From a virus (Duplodnaviria; Heunggongvirae; Uroviricota; Caudoviricetes), in the IMG/VR virus record IMGVR_UViG_3300012007_000008, positions 1 through 64,000 of that record: DNA of 64,000 nucleotides. The stretch is one strand, 5' to 3'. Below the pieces are notes generated by a model that worked only from the letters and a program-made list of their open reading frames with translations, was not told where the DNA came from and made no database searches. Below are positions 8,211 through 17,815 of this stretch, in pieces. Numbering within the stretch: the first letter of the stretch is position 1; every line of letters begins with the position of its first letter. A program made the position numbers and the translations under genes.

Positions 8211-9944
8211 ATGCCGAACATAGGCCTAGATGAAGTAACAGTGCAACCAGAAGATTGGGAAAAGTTCAAAACCGACACCCTTTTGCATTATTTTGGAAAT
8301 GGAGGAGCCGAAATAGCCAGGGTTTCTGACAGTATTCTCCGGAGCATTCACTACCACCCGAACGGAAGCAAGGAACTCGACGAATTCTATTCTCTCGCCG
8401 GGGCATTGTTCGAGGGAATTCTGGATAGTTGGGATAGAAAACATAAATTTGAATCGTTCTTATATATTTGCCTGTCAAACAGATTTAAGACATATCTTAC
8501 GGAGTTAACGGCCCAGAAGAGAGGAGGGAGGCAGATTGATAGGTCGCTATATGAGGAGGTTGGGGATGGATTAGTTCTTCAAGATACTATAGGCGGAGAA
8601 ATGGATTTTGATTTTTTGAGTCCAGAGTTGACGGACTATATCGGGAAACTTTCTGCAACACAGAAAAAGATTTTTTATATGTTGTATGAAGGATATTCGG
8701 CGTTTGAAATCCAGAAAGAGTTGGGTATTTCAGCAAAGAAATATCAAGAACTAATCCGGAATGCCAAACAGTATAAGAAGATCAAGTCGATTGTCAACGT
8801 AACCAACAAAAAGGTCGATGTAAAAACTAACAACGAGGAAGGTAAAGAGTTTATGCAGACAACTGAGACATCTAAAAGTGCAATCAAAACCGCGGCTCGT
8901 ATGGCAGAAGATCTTAATGATGAGACTATCCGCGATGATAACCAGATTCAGCGTGATTTTGTCTGGACCAATGTCATGATGGGGAACCTTATCGTAACAA
9001 CGCTTCTTGGTTATCTGATTCCGCCTGTAGTTATAGCAGAACAGAAATTGGATAATGGCTCCATCAAGTGGCTTCTCGACGGAAAACAGCGCTTGACTAC
9101 ACTCTCGATGTATCTTGCAAACGCATTTAGGATCTCAAAGAAAGTTGAGCATCCGTTTATTAGTTATCAGACAGTCAAGACGGATGAGAACGGAAATAAG
9201 GTTTACGACGAGAATAGACTTCCGGTTTATGAGGAGAAAACTTTCGACGTGCGTAACAAGAGATTCGGAGATCTCCCAAGAGAATTGCAGAAGAGGATCG
9301 AAGATTACGGAATCCGTTACGATCTTTATCTTGGATGTACGGCAAGCGAGATCGAGAGTCACATTCGCAGGTATAACACGTCAAGATCTATGAATCACAG
9401 CCAGAGAGGACTTACCTTCCTCGGATTGGATCTCGGCCTTAATTTGCGTGGAATTCAGAGAAAGAGTTTCTTTGCCAAAACATATAAGGAAAAAGATTTC
9501 TCGAATGGCGCCGTCCAGAGAATCATCATGGAATCCATTATGCTTATTGGATATCAGGATGCGTGGAAGTCTTCACCAGAAAAAATCGGAGAATATCTGA
9601 GTAAGAATGCAGATGGAAGTGATTTTGTCGAGTTTGCGGAATACGTAGATCGTATTGATGATATTCTTGACGACAAAACAAGAGAAATGTTCACGACGAA
9701 AGACTCGTTCCTGTGGTTCAAAATCTTCTCAGATTTCTCAGATCTCGGATACCCGGATGAAATGTTCAATGATTTTCTCAAAGCGTTTGATTCTCTTAAG
9801 AACACCAATATTGATGGAGAGACATTTGAATCCTTAAATTCAAGGTCTACCAAGATGGCATCGGTGATCGAGAAAAAGATTTCATATATTGAGGAGTTGA
9901 TGTTGCGGTATTTGGATAGTCAGAATAAAGAAAAAGCTTCGTAA
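8211..9944 (+). CDS. fusion protein: sigma-70-like regions 2 and 4 (N-terminal) plus DUF262/ParB-like domain
   Basis: region-4 HTH LSATQKKIFYMLYEGYSAFEIQKELGIS; DUF262 hallmarks IQRDFVW and LLDGKQRLTTL; SD AAGGAGG before ATG 8211. Confidence 0.6.
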   Translation: MPNIGLDEVTVQPEDWEKFKTDTLLHYFGNGGAEIARVSDSILRSIHYHPNGSKELDEFYSLAGALFEGILDSWDRKHKFESFLYICLSNRFKTYLTELTAQKRGGRQIDRSLYEEVGDGLVLQDTIGGEMDFDFLSPELTDYIGKLSATQKKIFYMLYEGYSAFEIQKELGISAKKYQELIRNAKQYKKIKSIVNVTNKKVDVKTNNEEGKEFMQTTETSKSAIKTAARMAEDLNDETIRDDNQIQRDFVWTNVMMGNLIVTTLLGYLIPPVVIAEQKLDNGSIKWLLDGKQRLTTLSMYLANAFRISKKVEHPFISYQTVKTDENGNKVYDENRLPVYEEKTFDVRNKRFGDLPRELQKRIEDYGIRYDLYLGCTASEIESHIRRYNTSRSMNHSQRGLTFLGLDLGLNLRGIQRKSFFAKTYKEKDFSNGAVQRIIMESIMLIGYQDAWKSSPEKIGEYLSKNADGSDFVEFAEYVDRIDDILDDKTREMFTTKDSFLWFKIFSDFSDLGYPDEMFNDFLKAFDSLKNTNIDGETFESLNSRSTKMASVIEKKISYIEELMLRYLDSQNKEKAS

Positions 9945-10030
9945 AAAGGACGGGGTTTCCGAAAAAATCTTGACTTAGATGTAACGGAAATCCCGTAGTT
10001 ATTATTATCAAGAAAAGGAGGAACCTAAAT

Positions 10031-10363
10031 ATGGCAAAGCCTAATAAAAATCGGCAGAGATTCTACGATGCGTATCAGAAACAGAATCGCAGAGAGAAGA
10101 ATGCCGAACGTAAGAAAGCAAAAAATTTGAAACATCAGGAGGAACTTAAAGCCCGCAGCACCGATCCTGTGATTCAGGAAAGGATGAAAGAAGCTCACGA
10201 TGTTCGGAAAGCAGACGCAAAAGCGCTGGGAAATGAACTGCGGACTCCACCAATGACTAGCAGGATAGGCGGTTTTAGAAGAATTATGGATCGTCTTAGT
10301 CACAAGCAGGAACTTGAAGAGAAAAAGAATAAGAAGCTTAAAGATAAACTCGAAAGGAGATAA
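10031..10363 (+). CDS. highly basic K/R/E-rich protein
   Basis: 110 aa, strong SD AAGGAGGAAC; coiled-coil-like charged sequence. Confidence 0.45.
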   Translation: MAKPNKNRQRFYDAYQKQNRREKNAERKKAKNLKHQEELKARSTDPVIQERMKEAHDVRKADAKALGNELRTPPMTSRIGGFRRIMDRLSHKQELEEKKNKKLKDKLERR

Positions 10364-10366
10364 ATA

Positions 10367-10810
10367 ATGGTACTCTGTGCGTCTGATATTATGAATTCTG
10401 TAAATGGTTTGGATTTTTTCAACACTATTAATACATGTTTGAGCAAGATCGTTTCTGTAAATATTATTAAAGAAGGTAAAGTAATCAGTTGCAAGTTCGC
10501 CGATGGAGATGAACAGAAGGCGGTATGTGACGACCATGATCATTATTCTTTAGAAAACGGAATCGCCGTTTGCGTTGCAAAACACGCGATGGGCGGATCA
10601 AGTGCATATAACAGAGCGATCCGCCAGGGTGTTCGTGTGTTTGAAGAGCAGGAAAAGAAGAAGGCAGATCTGGAAGAGCGGAAGAGAATCGAAGAAAACC
10701 ATAAGAGAAAGCACGATCGCTATATCGAGCGGAAGAGGAAAAGAGCGAGGGATGCCAGGGTTCAGGAAATGGCAGAGGCTTTCAAGCTGGCTCTGAAAGA
10801 GATGACTTGA
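10367..10810 (+). CDS. hypothetical protein with basic C-terminal tail
   Basis: 147-aa ORF. Confidence 0.4.
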   Translation: MVLCASDIMNSVNGLDFFNTINTCLSKIVSVNIIKEGKVISCKFADGDEQKAVCDDHDHYSLENGIAVCVAKHAMGGSSAYNRAIRQGVRVFEEQEKKKADLEERKRIEENHKRKHDRYIERKRKRARDARVQEMAEAFKLALKEMT

Positions 10811-10826
10811 ATGCAGGAGGGACATC

Positions 10827-11366
10827 ATGAAAAGAACGGTTAGAAACGGAATATTTGAAACAAATTCTTCGTCTGTTCACGTAATCGCTATTAGTAAAGA
10901 TGAGCCGAAAAAGCTGCCGATTTCCATTGCGTTCGGGCATGGGGAATTCGGATGGGAATTTCGTTATTATAATAATCCTTATTCAAAGGCAGATTATTTC
11001 AACGAAGCTATCCAGGCGATGTGTGGAAATAAATATTGGAACGATGAAGAAAAAAGAAAAGAAGAAGTCAAGGCGATACGGGACAAAATAATTGCTTGCC
11101 TCGCAGAAAGAGGAATCGAAGCCGTGTTTGAGCCTGATATATATGAGCAGTACGATTCTACGCGTTATTATGCAAGTGGTTATATCGATCATGGAACAGA
11201 ACTGATTGGCTGGGTTAATGAACTGTTGGAAGATACAGATAAACTAATTAGATTCCTGTTTTCAAGTGATTCATATGTAGAAACCGGTAATGATAATGTT
11301 GATTCGGAAGATATCCCTAAGGCTCCGGATGAAGATAAATATGACGTGTATGAAAAATGGAATTAA
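10827..11366 (+). CDS. hypothetical protein
   Basis: 179-aa ORF, SD GGAGGGA. Confidence 0.45.
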   Translation: MKRTVRNGIFETNSSSVHVIAISKDEPKKLPISIAFGHGEFGWEFRYYNNPYSKADYFNEAIQAMCGNKYWNDEEKRKEEVKAIRDKIIACLAERGIEAVFEPDIYEQYDSTRYYASGYIDHGTELIGWVNELLEDTDKLIRFLFSSDSYVETGNDNVDSEDIPKAPDEDKYDVYEKWN

Positions 11367-12275
11367 ATGAAAGGCGGCCGGATGGACAACGAAATTCTTT
11401 CAAAATATAAAAACGGAAACGTGTCTGTAACTCTAATGGCGGATGGATCGAAGATTCGGGAGACTGTTGACGATGAATTCCGTCCAGATTTTGCAGAGAA
11501 TATAGATATTACGATTAGCACAAGATGTTCTCATGGCTGCGATTATTGTTATGCTGGGTGTACTCCGAATGGGAAAGCCGCCAGCTTGGAAGATTATAAA
11601 ATTTTCGATACGATTCCAAAAGGAACGGAAATTGCTATTAATATAAATAGTGAGTTCCTTCCGGGATTCGAGAAATTCTTGGAACACATGAAAAATCAGG
11701 GAGTATTCGTCAACGCTACGATCCGTCAAGATGATTTCGAAGAGAATTACAACAGAATAATTCAATATTGCAAGAAAAAATTGCTGAGAGGAGTTGGTAT
11801 TTCACTTTTGAATCCGACTCCTTTGTTTATCCGGAGGGCATTATCTATTCCAAACGCTGTAGTTCACGTAATAAACGGAATTGTTACGAAAAAACAACTT
11901 GATCGGATGGCGGATATAGGATTGAAATTACTGATTCTTGGTTACAAAAATGTTGGGCGCGGAGTTGGATACCAGAAAAAACAAGTTGTAGAAATCAGGA
12001 ATAATTACGACTGGCTGAAAAAGAATTTGGACGAATATATTCCAAAGTTTAAAGTGGTCGCATTCGACAATTTGTCACTTGAACAACTTGAAGTAAGAAA
12101 TCGTCTTAGTGAAGAAGAGTGGGAAAGCTTCTATCAGGGAGACGAAGGAACATCGACATTCTTTCTGAATCTGGCAGAGGGATACTTTGCAAGAGACTCT
12201 TTGTCTAAGGTTCATTATCCGATCAGAGGAACTGTTATTGATATGTTTCATGTAATTCAAGATGCAAATAGATAA
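11367..12275 (+). CDS. radical SAM enzyme, substrate unknown
   Basis: CxxxCxxC motif CSHGCDYC. Confidence 0.6.
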   Translation: MKGGRMDNEILSKYKNGNVSVTLMADGSKIRETVDDEFRPDFAENIDITISTRCSHGCDYCYAGCTPNGKAASLEDYKIFDTIPKGTEIAININSEFLPGFEKFLEHMKNQGVFVNATIRQDDFEENYNRIIQYCKKKLLRGVGISLLNPTPLFIRRALSIPNAVVHVINGIVTKKQLDRMADIGLKLLILGYKNVGRGVGYQKKQVVEIRNNYDWLKKNLDEYIPKFKVVAFDNLSLEQLEVRNRLSEEEWESFYQGDEGTSTFFLNLAEGYFARDSLSKVHYPIRGTVIDMFHVIQDANR

Positions 12276-12492
12276 TCAGATTTACGTGTTTCCTTCAGTT
12301 TTTGTTATTTTCCGAAAAATAGAGGGGATAGATTATTACTTAACTGAGAATGTAATGTTGACAAGAGATATTCGTGAAGCGAAATTGTTTGATGCCGAGT
12401 CGGCAGGAGAAACCTCAGCGGCTTTGGATATTCTGTACGGAAAGGGAGTTTTTGAAACGGCGATTATGCGATCCGTATGGCGGCTGCAATAA
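12262..12492 (+). CDS. hypothetical protein
   Basis: 76-aa ORF. Confidence 0.3.
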   Translation: MQIDNQIYVFPSVFVIFRKIEGIDYYLTENVMLTRDIREAKLFDAESAGETSAALDILYGKGVFETAIMRSVWRLQ

Positions 12493-12595
12493 ATAACCAT
12501 CAGATGGGGCTGGTGTTTTAAATAGAGTTAATTCAATTACCGCCTTAGGGCGTTTATATATATGAAACTAAAAATATAGATAAGGAGATAACTTT

Positions 12596-13540
12596 ATGGC
12601 TTTTAAGAAAGCGAAGAGAGAGCAAGTATGGCTAAAGATACTTCTTACTGGACCCTCTGGATCAGGCAAGTCGTACAGTGCGCTTAGGCTTGCAACAGGG
12701 TTAGCACAGAAGTGTGGGTCAGATATTGCATACATTGGAACTGAGGGTTCGAGGGATAAGTATTACGCAAACGAGTTTCAATATGATCTAAATCAGTTAA
12801 GCAAAGATGGAAATCCGAGAACATATGAAGATTTCTCTCCGGAATCATATATTCACAATATCGAAGAGGCTGTTAATGGCGGGTACAAGGTCATAGTGAT
12901 CGATTCACTTTCACCAGAATGGACTTATATCAATGAAGTTCATGATGCGATGAAAGGAAATTCGTTCCAGAATTGGGGCCGTGTCAAGCCGCGCCATGCG
13001 ATGCTCATGGAGTATATTATGACAAGTCCAATTCATATTGTTGCTTGTGCAAGAGGGAAAGATGCATGGGTTCTTGAAGATAACAACGGGAAACAAGTAC
13101 CTCGAAAGGTCGGAATGGGAGCACAGCAAGACAAAGATTTGGTCTACCAGTACACCGTGTCATTTACTCTAAACGATCAAGACAAACATACATTCGAGTG
13201 TGATAAAGATAATACCCACCTTTTTAGTGGAATATTTGGAAAGCAGCTTACCGAGAAAGATGGAGAGGCTCTTTATGATTGGGCGAATGATTCTGATGTA
13301 CCAGCAACTGTGAGTGAACCGAAAAAGTTTGAGGCTGCGCAGATCAGCGACGATGAAAAGCTTACCACCGCAAAACAGACGATTGTATCTATGGCGGTTC
13401 AGCTTGGCGGGACGAAAAACGCTGCACTGATGGCGGAGCTTAAGAAGGTAGCACCCAACGGAAATCCGAATGCAATCAAGGATCTTGCCACCGCGGAAGC
13501 AGTAATTAAGGCGCTAAATAGCATCCAGCCGATTGGCTGA
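12596..13540 (+). CDS. phage AAA/RecA-like ATPase (Sak4-type)
   Basis: Walker A GPSGSGKS; sits directly upstream of SSB as in phage recombination/replication modules. Confidence 0.65.
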   Translation: MAFKKAKREQVWLKILLTGPSGSGKSYSALRLATGLAQKCGSDIAYIGTEGSRDKYYANEFQYDLNQLSKDGNPRTYEDFSPESYIHNIEEAVNGGYKVIVIDSLSPEWTYINEVHDAMKGNSFQNWGRVKPRHAMLMEYIMTSPIHIVACARGKDAWVLEDNNGKQVPRKVGMGAQQDKDLVYQYTVSFTLNDQDKHTFECDKDNTHLFSGIFGKQLTEKDGEALYDWANDSDVPATVSEPKKFEAAQISDDEKLTTAKQTIVSMAVQLGGTKNAALMAELKKVAPNGNPNAIKDLATAEAVIKALNSIQPIG

Positions 13541-13561
13541 TCATAAAAGGAGATAGAAAAT

Positions 13562-14038
13562 ATGAACGTTGTAGCACTTGTAGGACGTCTCGTGGGTGAT
13601 CCCGAGATTAGATATAGCCAGGGCGCGAATAGTACAGCCTTCGGGAATTTCACTATTGCGGTCGACAGAAACGTAAAGAGAGATCCCAATAACCCCGATC
13701 AGGTTACTGCGGATTTTCCGAGAATTCGCGTATTCGGGAAGACGGCAGAGTTTGTGCAGAACTACTTCCACAAGGGAATGAGGATTGGAATTACAGGCAG
13801 AATTCAGACCGGAAAGTACACGGACAAGAATGGACAGACGGTTTATACAACCGATGTCGTGGCTGACAGAGTCGAATTCGTCGAGAATAAGAATGGAGAC
13901 GGCGGCGGGAACCAGTTTAATCAGCAGCCACAACAGAATAACGTTTATGGCCGCCAGAATGATCCAGGAAACAATTATTATAACGGTGGGTTTACAAATA
14001 TCCCTGATGGAGTAGACGAGCAACTTCCGTTTAATTGA
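13562..14038 (+). CDS. ssb: single-stranded DNA-binding protein
   Basis: OB-fold N-terminus, Gly/Gln/Asn-rich linker, acidic tail DEQLPFN. Confidence 0.85.
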   Translation: MNVVALVGRLVGDPEIRYSQGANSTAFGNFTIAVDRNVKRDPNNPDQVTADFPRIRVFGKTAEFVQNYFHKGMRIGITGRIQTGKYTDKNGQTVYTTDVVADRVEFVENKNGDGGGNQFNQQPQQNNVYGRQNDPGNNYYNGGFTNIPDGVDEQLPFN

Positions 14039-14093
14039 TATTGAGAAGTAATAGGAGAGGCCAAAACCTCTCCTATAATTTTAAGGAGTAATT

Positions 14094-14561
14094 ATGAAGT
14101 GTAAGTATAGTCATTGTAAACATAAAACAAAGGAAATCCCGAAAGGCGAAGAAATCTTGGTAGGAAAGTCCTCATACTACCATCAAGATTGTTATGAGGA
14201 AATAGAGACAATAAAAAATATTATAGATACATATGTTAAAAAGGTTGATTCTCATCCAATAATGTCTTTGCTTAGAAAAGTTATCAATGAGATTATATAC
14301 AAGCATAATGTTGATGCAAATTTTTTGCTGTTTGCTCTTAATTACTGTATCGATCAGGGCTGGAATATAAGATACCCTCAGGGATTATACTATGTTGTAA
14401 AAAACAAGGAAGCAAATCAGAAATGGAAACAAATGATTTCATCGGAGTACAAGAGTCGTATTAAAAAAATGAAGAATGATATGAAAGATATTAATGAGGA
14501 AGAAAATACGTTTGAGTACCGAATGCAGAAAGCAGTAGGCTTCGATGATATTTTAAGATAA
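14094..14561 (+). CDS. hypothetical protein with N-terminal Cys/His cluster
   Basis: 155-aa ORF, CKYSHCKHK...HQDC. Confidence 0.4.
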   Translation: MKCKYSHCKHKTKEIPKGEEILVGKSSYYHQDCYEEIETIKNIIDTYVKKVDSHPIMSLLRKVINEIIYKHNVDANFLLFALNYCIDQGWNIRYPQGLYYVVKNKEANQKWKQMISSEYKSRIKKMKNDMKDINEEENTFEYRMQKAVGFDDILR

Positions 14562-14574
14562 AGGAGGTGAATAA

Positions 14575-15933
14575 ATGGACGTGAGCGATATTAATGACAT
14601 TCAGGCTGAGGCCGGTGTAATTGCGACATTGATATATCACCCAGATTTTATCCTTCATTCGGATTATTTGAAGCCGGGATACTTTTATAACGTTGAGAAC
14701 GGATGCCTTTATTGGGCAATTCAAGAATTAAGCAAAGCAGGAATTGAAAATATTGACGCATTAAACCTCACAAGTGTGATAAATAGCAATAGGGCAGTCA
14801 AAAGGAAACTAGATGAATATAATATCGTAAATTTGCAAGAGTATATAAATATGGCGCAGTATGCGGCCAGGCACACTCTTGAGGAATATAAATTACTGGT
14901 CAATATCGTAGTTGAAAATAGTTTTAAAAGAGATCTGATTAAGGCGACAACGGAAATCCAGCGTGAGTGTCATAACGAGGAAATTGATTTATCAAAACTA
15001 AATCAGATTTCAAATGACAAAATGACTTCACTGACGGAAAAGTATATAACGGGGAAGGAAGTAAAACTTCTTGGCGAACAGATAGATGAAATTTGGGATA
15101 AGATAGAGAATCAAGATCTTTCAAGGCGGCTACCATCAAAATTTGATTTGTTCAATAAATATTTTTGCTTTGAACCCGGAGAGTTGATATTGTTGACGGC
15201 ACGTTATAAAACTGGAAAATCTGTGTACCAAATGAATGAATTGATACATAAACTAAAGGCGGGTGTGCCATCTTTGTATATAGATACGGAAATGAGCACG
15301 ATTACGTTTACAAAAAGGCTGATTTCAAGTGTAACAGGAATTCCGTTTGAAGTAATTCGAGATAAAACATATAACGATCAACAAAATGAATTAATTCACA
15401 AGTGTCTGAATTGGATTAAGACTCTTCCGTTAGTTCACATGTATTTACCGGATCCTAACATGAATGAAGTATATTCCGTCTGCAAAATTTTAAAATATAA
15501 AATGAATCTTGCATTTGTGGTTTACGATTACCTTAAATCATACAACGAAGACGCTTATACCAATTCTGCTTTGTTAGGGCAAATGGCAGATTTCTTAAAA
15601 AATAAAATTGCCGGGGAACTAGATTTGGCAGTCCTCTCGGCGGCTCAGCTAAATAGAGACGACATGATAGCCAACTCCGATAATATAGCAAAGGCAATTT
15701 CAACTGGCATTTATTGGAGATTCAAAACTCCCGAAGAAATCATGAATGATGGCGGTCTGGATGCCGGAAACATAATTGCTTATATAAATATCAACAGAAA
15801 TGGGCCGCAGACAGACGAGGATGAAGCAATCTTCTTTAATTTTGACGGAGATAGGCAAAGGATTACTCAGGCAAAGATACAGAAAAAAGATATTCAGAGG
15901 ACACCTTTTGACAGAAACAAATCGGGAGGATAA
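14575..15933 (+). CDS. DnaB-family replicative helicase
   Basis: DnaB N-terminal domain; Walker A GELILLTARYKTGKS; RecA-like C-terminal domain. Confidence 0.85.
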   Translation: MDVSDINDIQAEAGVIATLIYHPDFILHSDYLKPGYFYNVENGCLYWAIQELSKAGIENIDALNLTSVINSNRAVKRKLDEYNIVNLQEYINMAQYAARHTLEEYKLLVNIVVENSFKRDLIKATTEIQRECHNEEIDLSKLNQISNDKMTSLTEKYITGKEVKLLGEQIDEIWDKIENQDLSRRLPSKFDLFNKYFCFEPGELILLTARYKTGKSVYQMNELIHKLKAGVPSLYIDTEMSTITFTKRLISSVTGIPFEVIRDKTYNDQQNELIHKCLNWIKTLPLVHMYLPDPNMNEVYSVCKILKYKMNLAFVVYDYLKSYNEDAYTNSALLGQMADFLKNKIAGELDLAVLSAAQLNRDDMIANSDNIAKAISTGIYWRFKTPEEIMNDGGLDAGNIIAYININRNGPQTDEDEAIFFNFDGDRQRITQAKIQKKDIQRTPFDRNKSGG

Positions 15934-15935
15934 TC

Positions 15936-16952
15936 GTGAGTAACATCGATCATGATGCTCTTCAAGAGATGTGCGACAAGGTTGATCTACTGGACTACGC
16001 AAGTCAGTCTTTTGAATTCAGGCGGAAGGGAGACGAGTATTATACTTCATGTCCGTTGCATTCTGATTCCGATCCATCCCTCTCAATAAATCCAAATAAG
16101 AACTTATTCTACTGCCGCTCATGTCATAAGGGCGGCAATATCATTAACTGGATGATGGTTTATGAAGGGAAGACTTTTAACGATGCCGTAGATGCAGTGT
16201 CAAAAATTACAGGAACCAAAGTCCACAATCTGAAAACTTGCGATTCTCTAAAGTTTTTCAAGAATTTGAGCCGTATGAAGGCTAAGTCGGAACCGGAAGA
16301 GATTGAAAGAGATATTCTACCAGATTCTTATATGAATCAGTTTAAGATATCTTCGCCTATTGAATGGGAAGAAGAAGGGATTTCTCCTTCCGTTATGAAA
16401 AATTACGGGGTATGTATAGACGAGGCATCTAACAGAATCTGTTACCCGATCTATGATGCTGAAGATCGGCTAATCGGAGTTAAAGGAAGAACCAGATATA
16501 AAAGATATAAAGAGATGAGAATCTCGAAGTATATGAATTATTCGAAGATTAAGACTATGAACAGTTTTGTCGGATTGAAACAGAACAGGAAAAAGATCCA
16601 GGAGCTACATTCCGCGATTTTGTTCGAAGGTATTAAGAGTGGATTAAAACTTCTAAGCTGGGGATTCCCTAATAACTGGCTGTCTGTAGAAACCAGTAGG
16701 ATCAACGAAGAGCAAGTGAAATTGCTTCTATCTATGAAGCTAAACGAAGTTACGATCGCATTTGACAGAGATGTTAATTATGCGGACATACAGAAATGTA
16801 CAGTAATGCTCAGACATTTTACAAATGTTTACGCAGTCCGCGACAGATACAGAGAGGAAGACAGATTGCTCCCAGGAGATAAAGATAGTCCGGTAGATGC
16901 CGGAAAGGAAGTCTGGGAAACTCTGTATAGCGAAAGGAAAAGAGTTTATTAA
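15936..16952 (+). CDS. DnaG-type DNA primase
   Basis: CHC2 zinc finger CPLH...CRSCH; Toprim EG and DRD motifs. Confidence 0.8.
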   Translation: MSNIDHDALQEMCDKVDLLDYASQSFEFRRKGDEYYTSCPLHSDSDPSLSINPNKNLFYCRSCHKGGNIINWMMVYEGKTFNDAVDAVSKITGTKVHNLKTCDSLKFFKNLSRMKAKSEPEEIERDILPDSYMNQFKISSPIEWEEEGISPSVMKNYGVCIDEASNRICYPIYDAEDRLIGVKGRTRYKRYKEMRISKYMNYSKIKTMNSFVGLKQNRKKIQELHSAILFEGIKSGLKLLSWGFPNNWLSVETSRINEEQVKLLLSMKLNEVTIAFDRDVNYADIQKCTVMLRHFTNVYAVRDRYREEDRLLPGDKDSPVDAGKEVWETLYSERKRVY

Positions 16953-17002
16953 AGAAAGGTTGGACTATGACGAGGGAGGAGGAGCAGTTCTTAATAAGTA
17001 CG

Positions 17003-17815
17003 ATGACGTGGAGCTTTTCGCGGCTAAATTCGTATTCGACTTGCCCATATGAATGGCACGAGAAATATCTGTAGAATAGCCAAGGAGAAGGGTCATTTTA
17101 CGCTGATTTCGGGAGTTTGTTGCATAAGTGCATAGAAGTATATGCCAAGGGAGAAGCGCCCAGAGAAATGCTTCCAGACGTCTTTGAAGCGCTTTGGGGC
17201 GAATATATACAGAACGATTTATATAAGGATGGCGAGGTGAATTATGCAAAAGAGGAGGAGTATTACGAACAGGGACTGAAATATCTTCGGGAACAAATTC
17301 TGGATTTATCTTCCTACGAGATTCTTGGTGTCGAAAAGGAAATAAATTTTCAGTTGACGGACGAAGAAGGATCCTATCCGATGATTGGGTACATCGATTT
17401 ACTCTTAAAAGATAAGGAGACAGGTGAGATCACTATCATGGATAATAAATCGGCTTCCATCAAGTTTAAGAAGAACGGAGATCCTTATAAAGCCGACGAA
17501 CAACATTGGTTGGAATTTAAAAGACAGTTGTACCTATATTCAGTTCCGTTCGTTGAAAATGGAGAAGAGATTTCTTATCTTTCTTGGAACCTGTTCCGGC
17601 TTGGAATCGTGAAGACTATACCATGGAACGCGGAGGAGTATAACGAAGCGAAGAAGTGGGCAATAGATACGATTCGCGAGATTGAAATGGAAAAGGAATG
17701 GGGTTATAAAGAAGATTTCTTTTATTGCCATAACCTTTGTTCGCTACGAGGGGAATGTGCGATGAATATTTCTCAAAGACAAAAAGGAGAATTTGATTCC
17801 TACTATGACTATTGA
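17003..17815 (+). CDS. PD-(D/E)xK Cas4/RecB-like nuclease with one in-frame TAG at 17072-17074
   Basis: N-terminus MTWSFSRLNSYSTCPYEW reads in frame through TAG into the 17117 ORF; core IGYIDLL...DNK; C-terminal Cys cluster CHNLC...C. Confidence 0.6.

Noticed and set aside
899-17249. Minus-strand ORFs overlapping the early and replication genes (for example 4096-4515, 10025-10543, 13541-14023, 16965-17249)
   Set aside because: They are low-complexity, lack RBS, and are fully overlapped by well-supported plus-strand genes. They look like spurious antisense frames.
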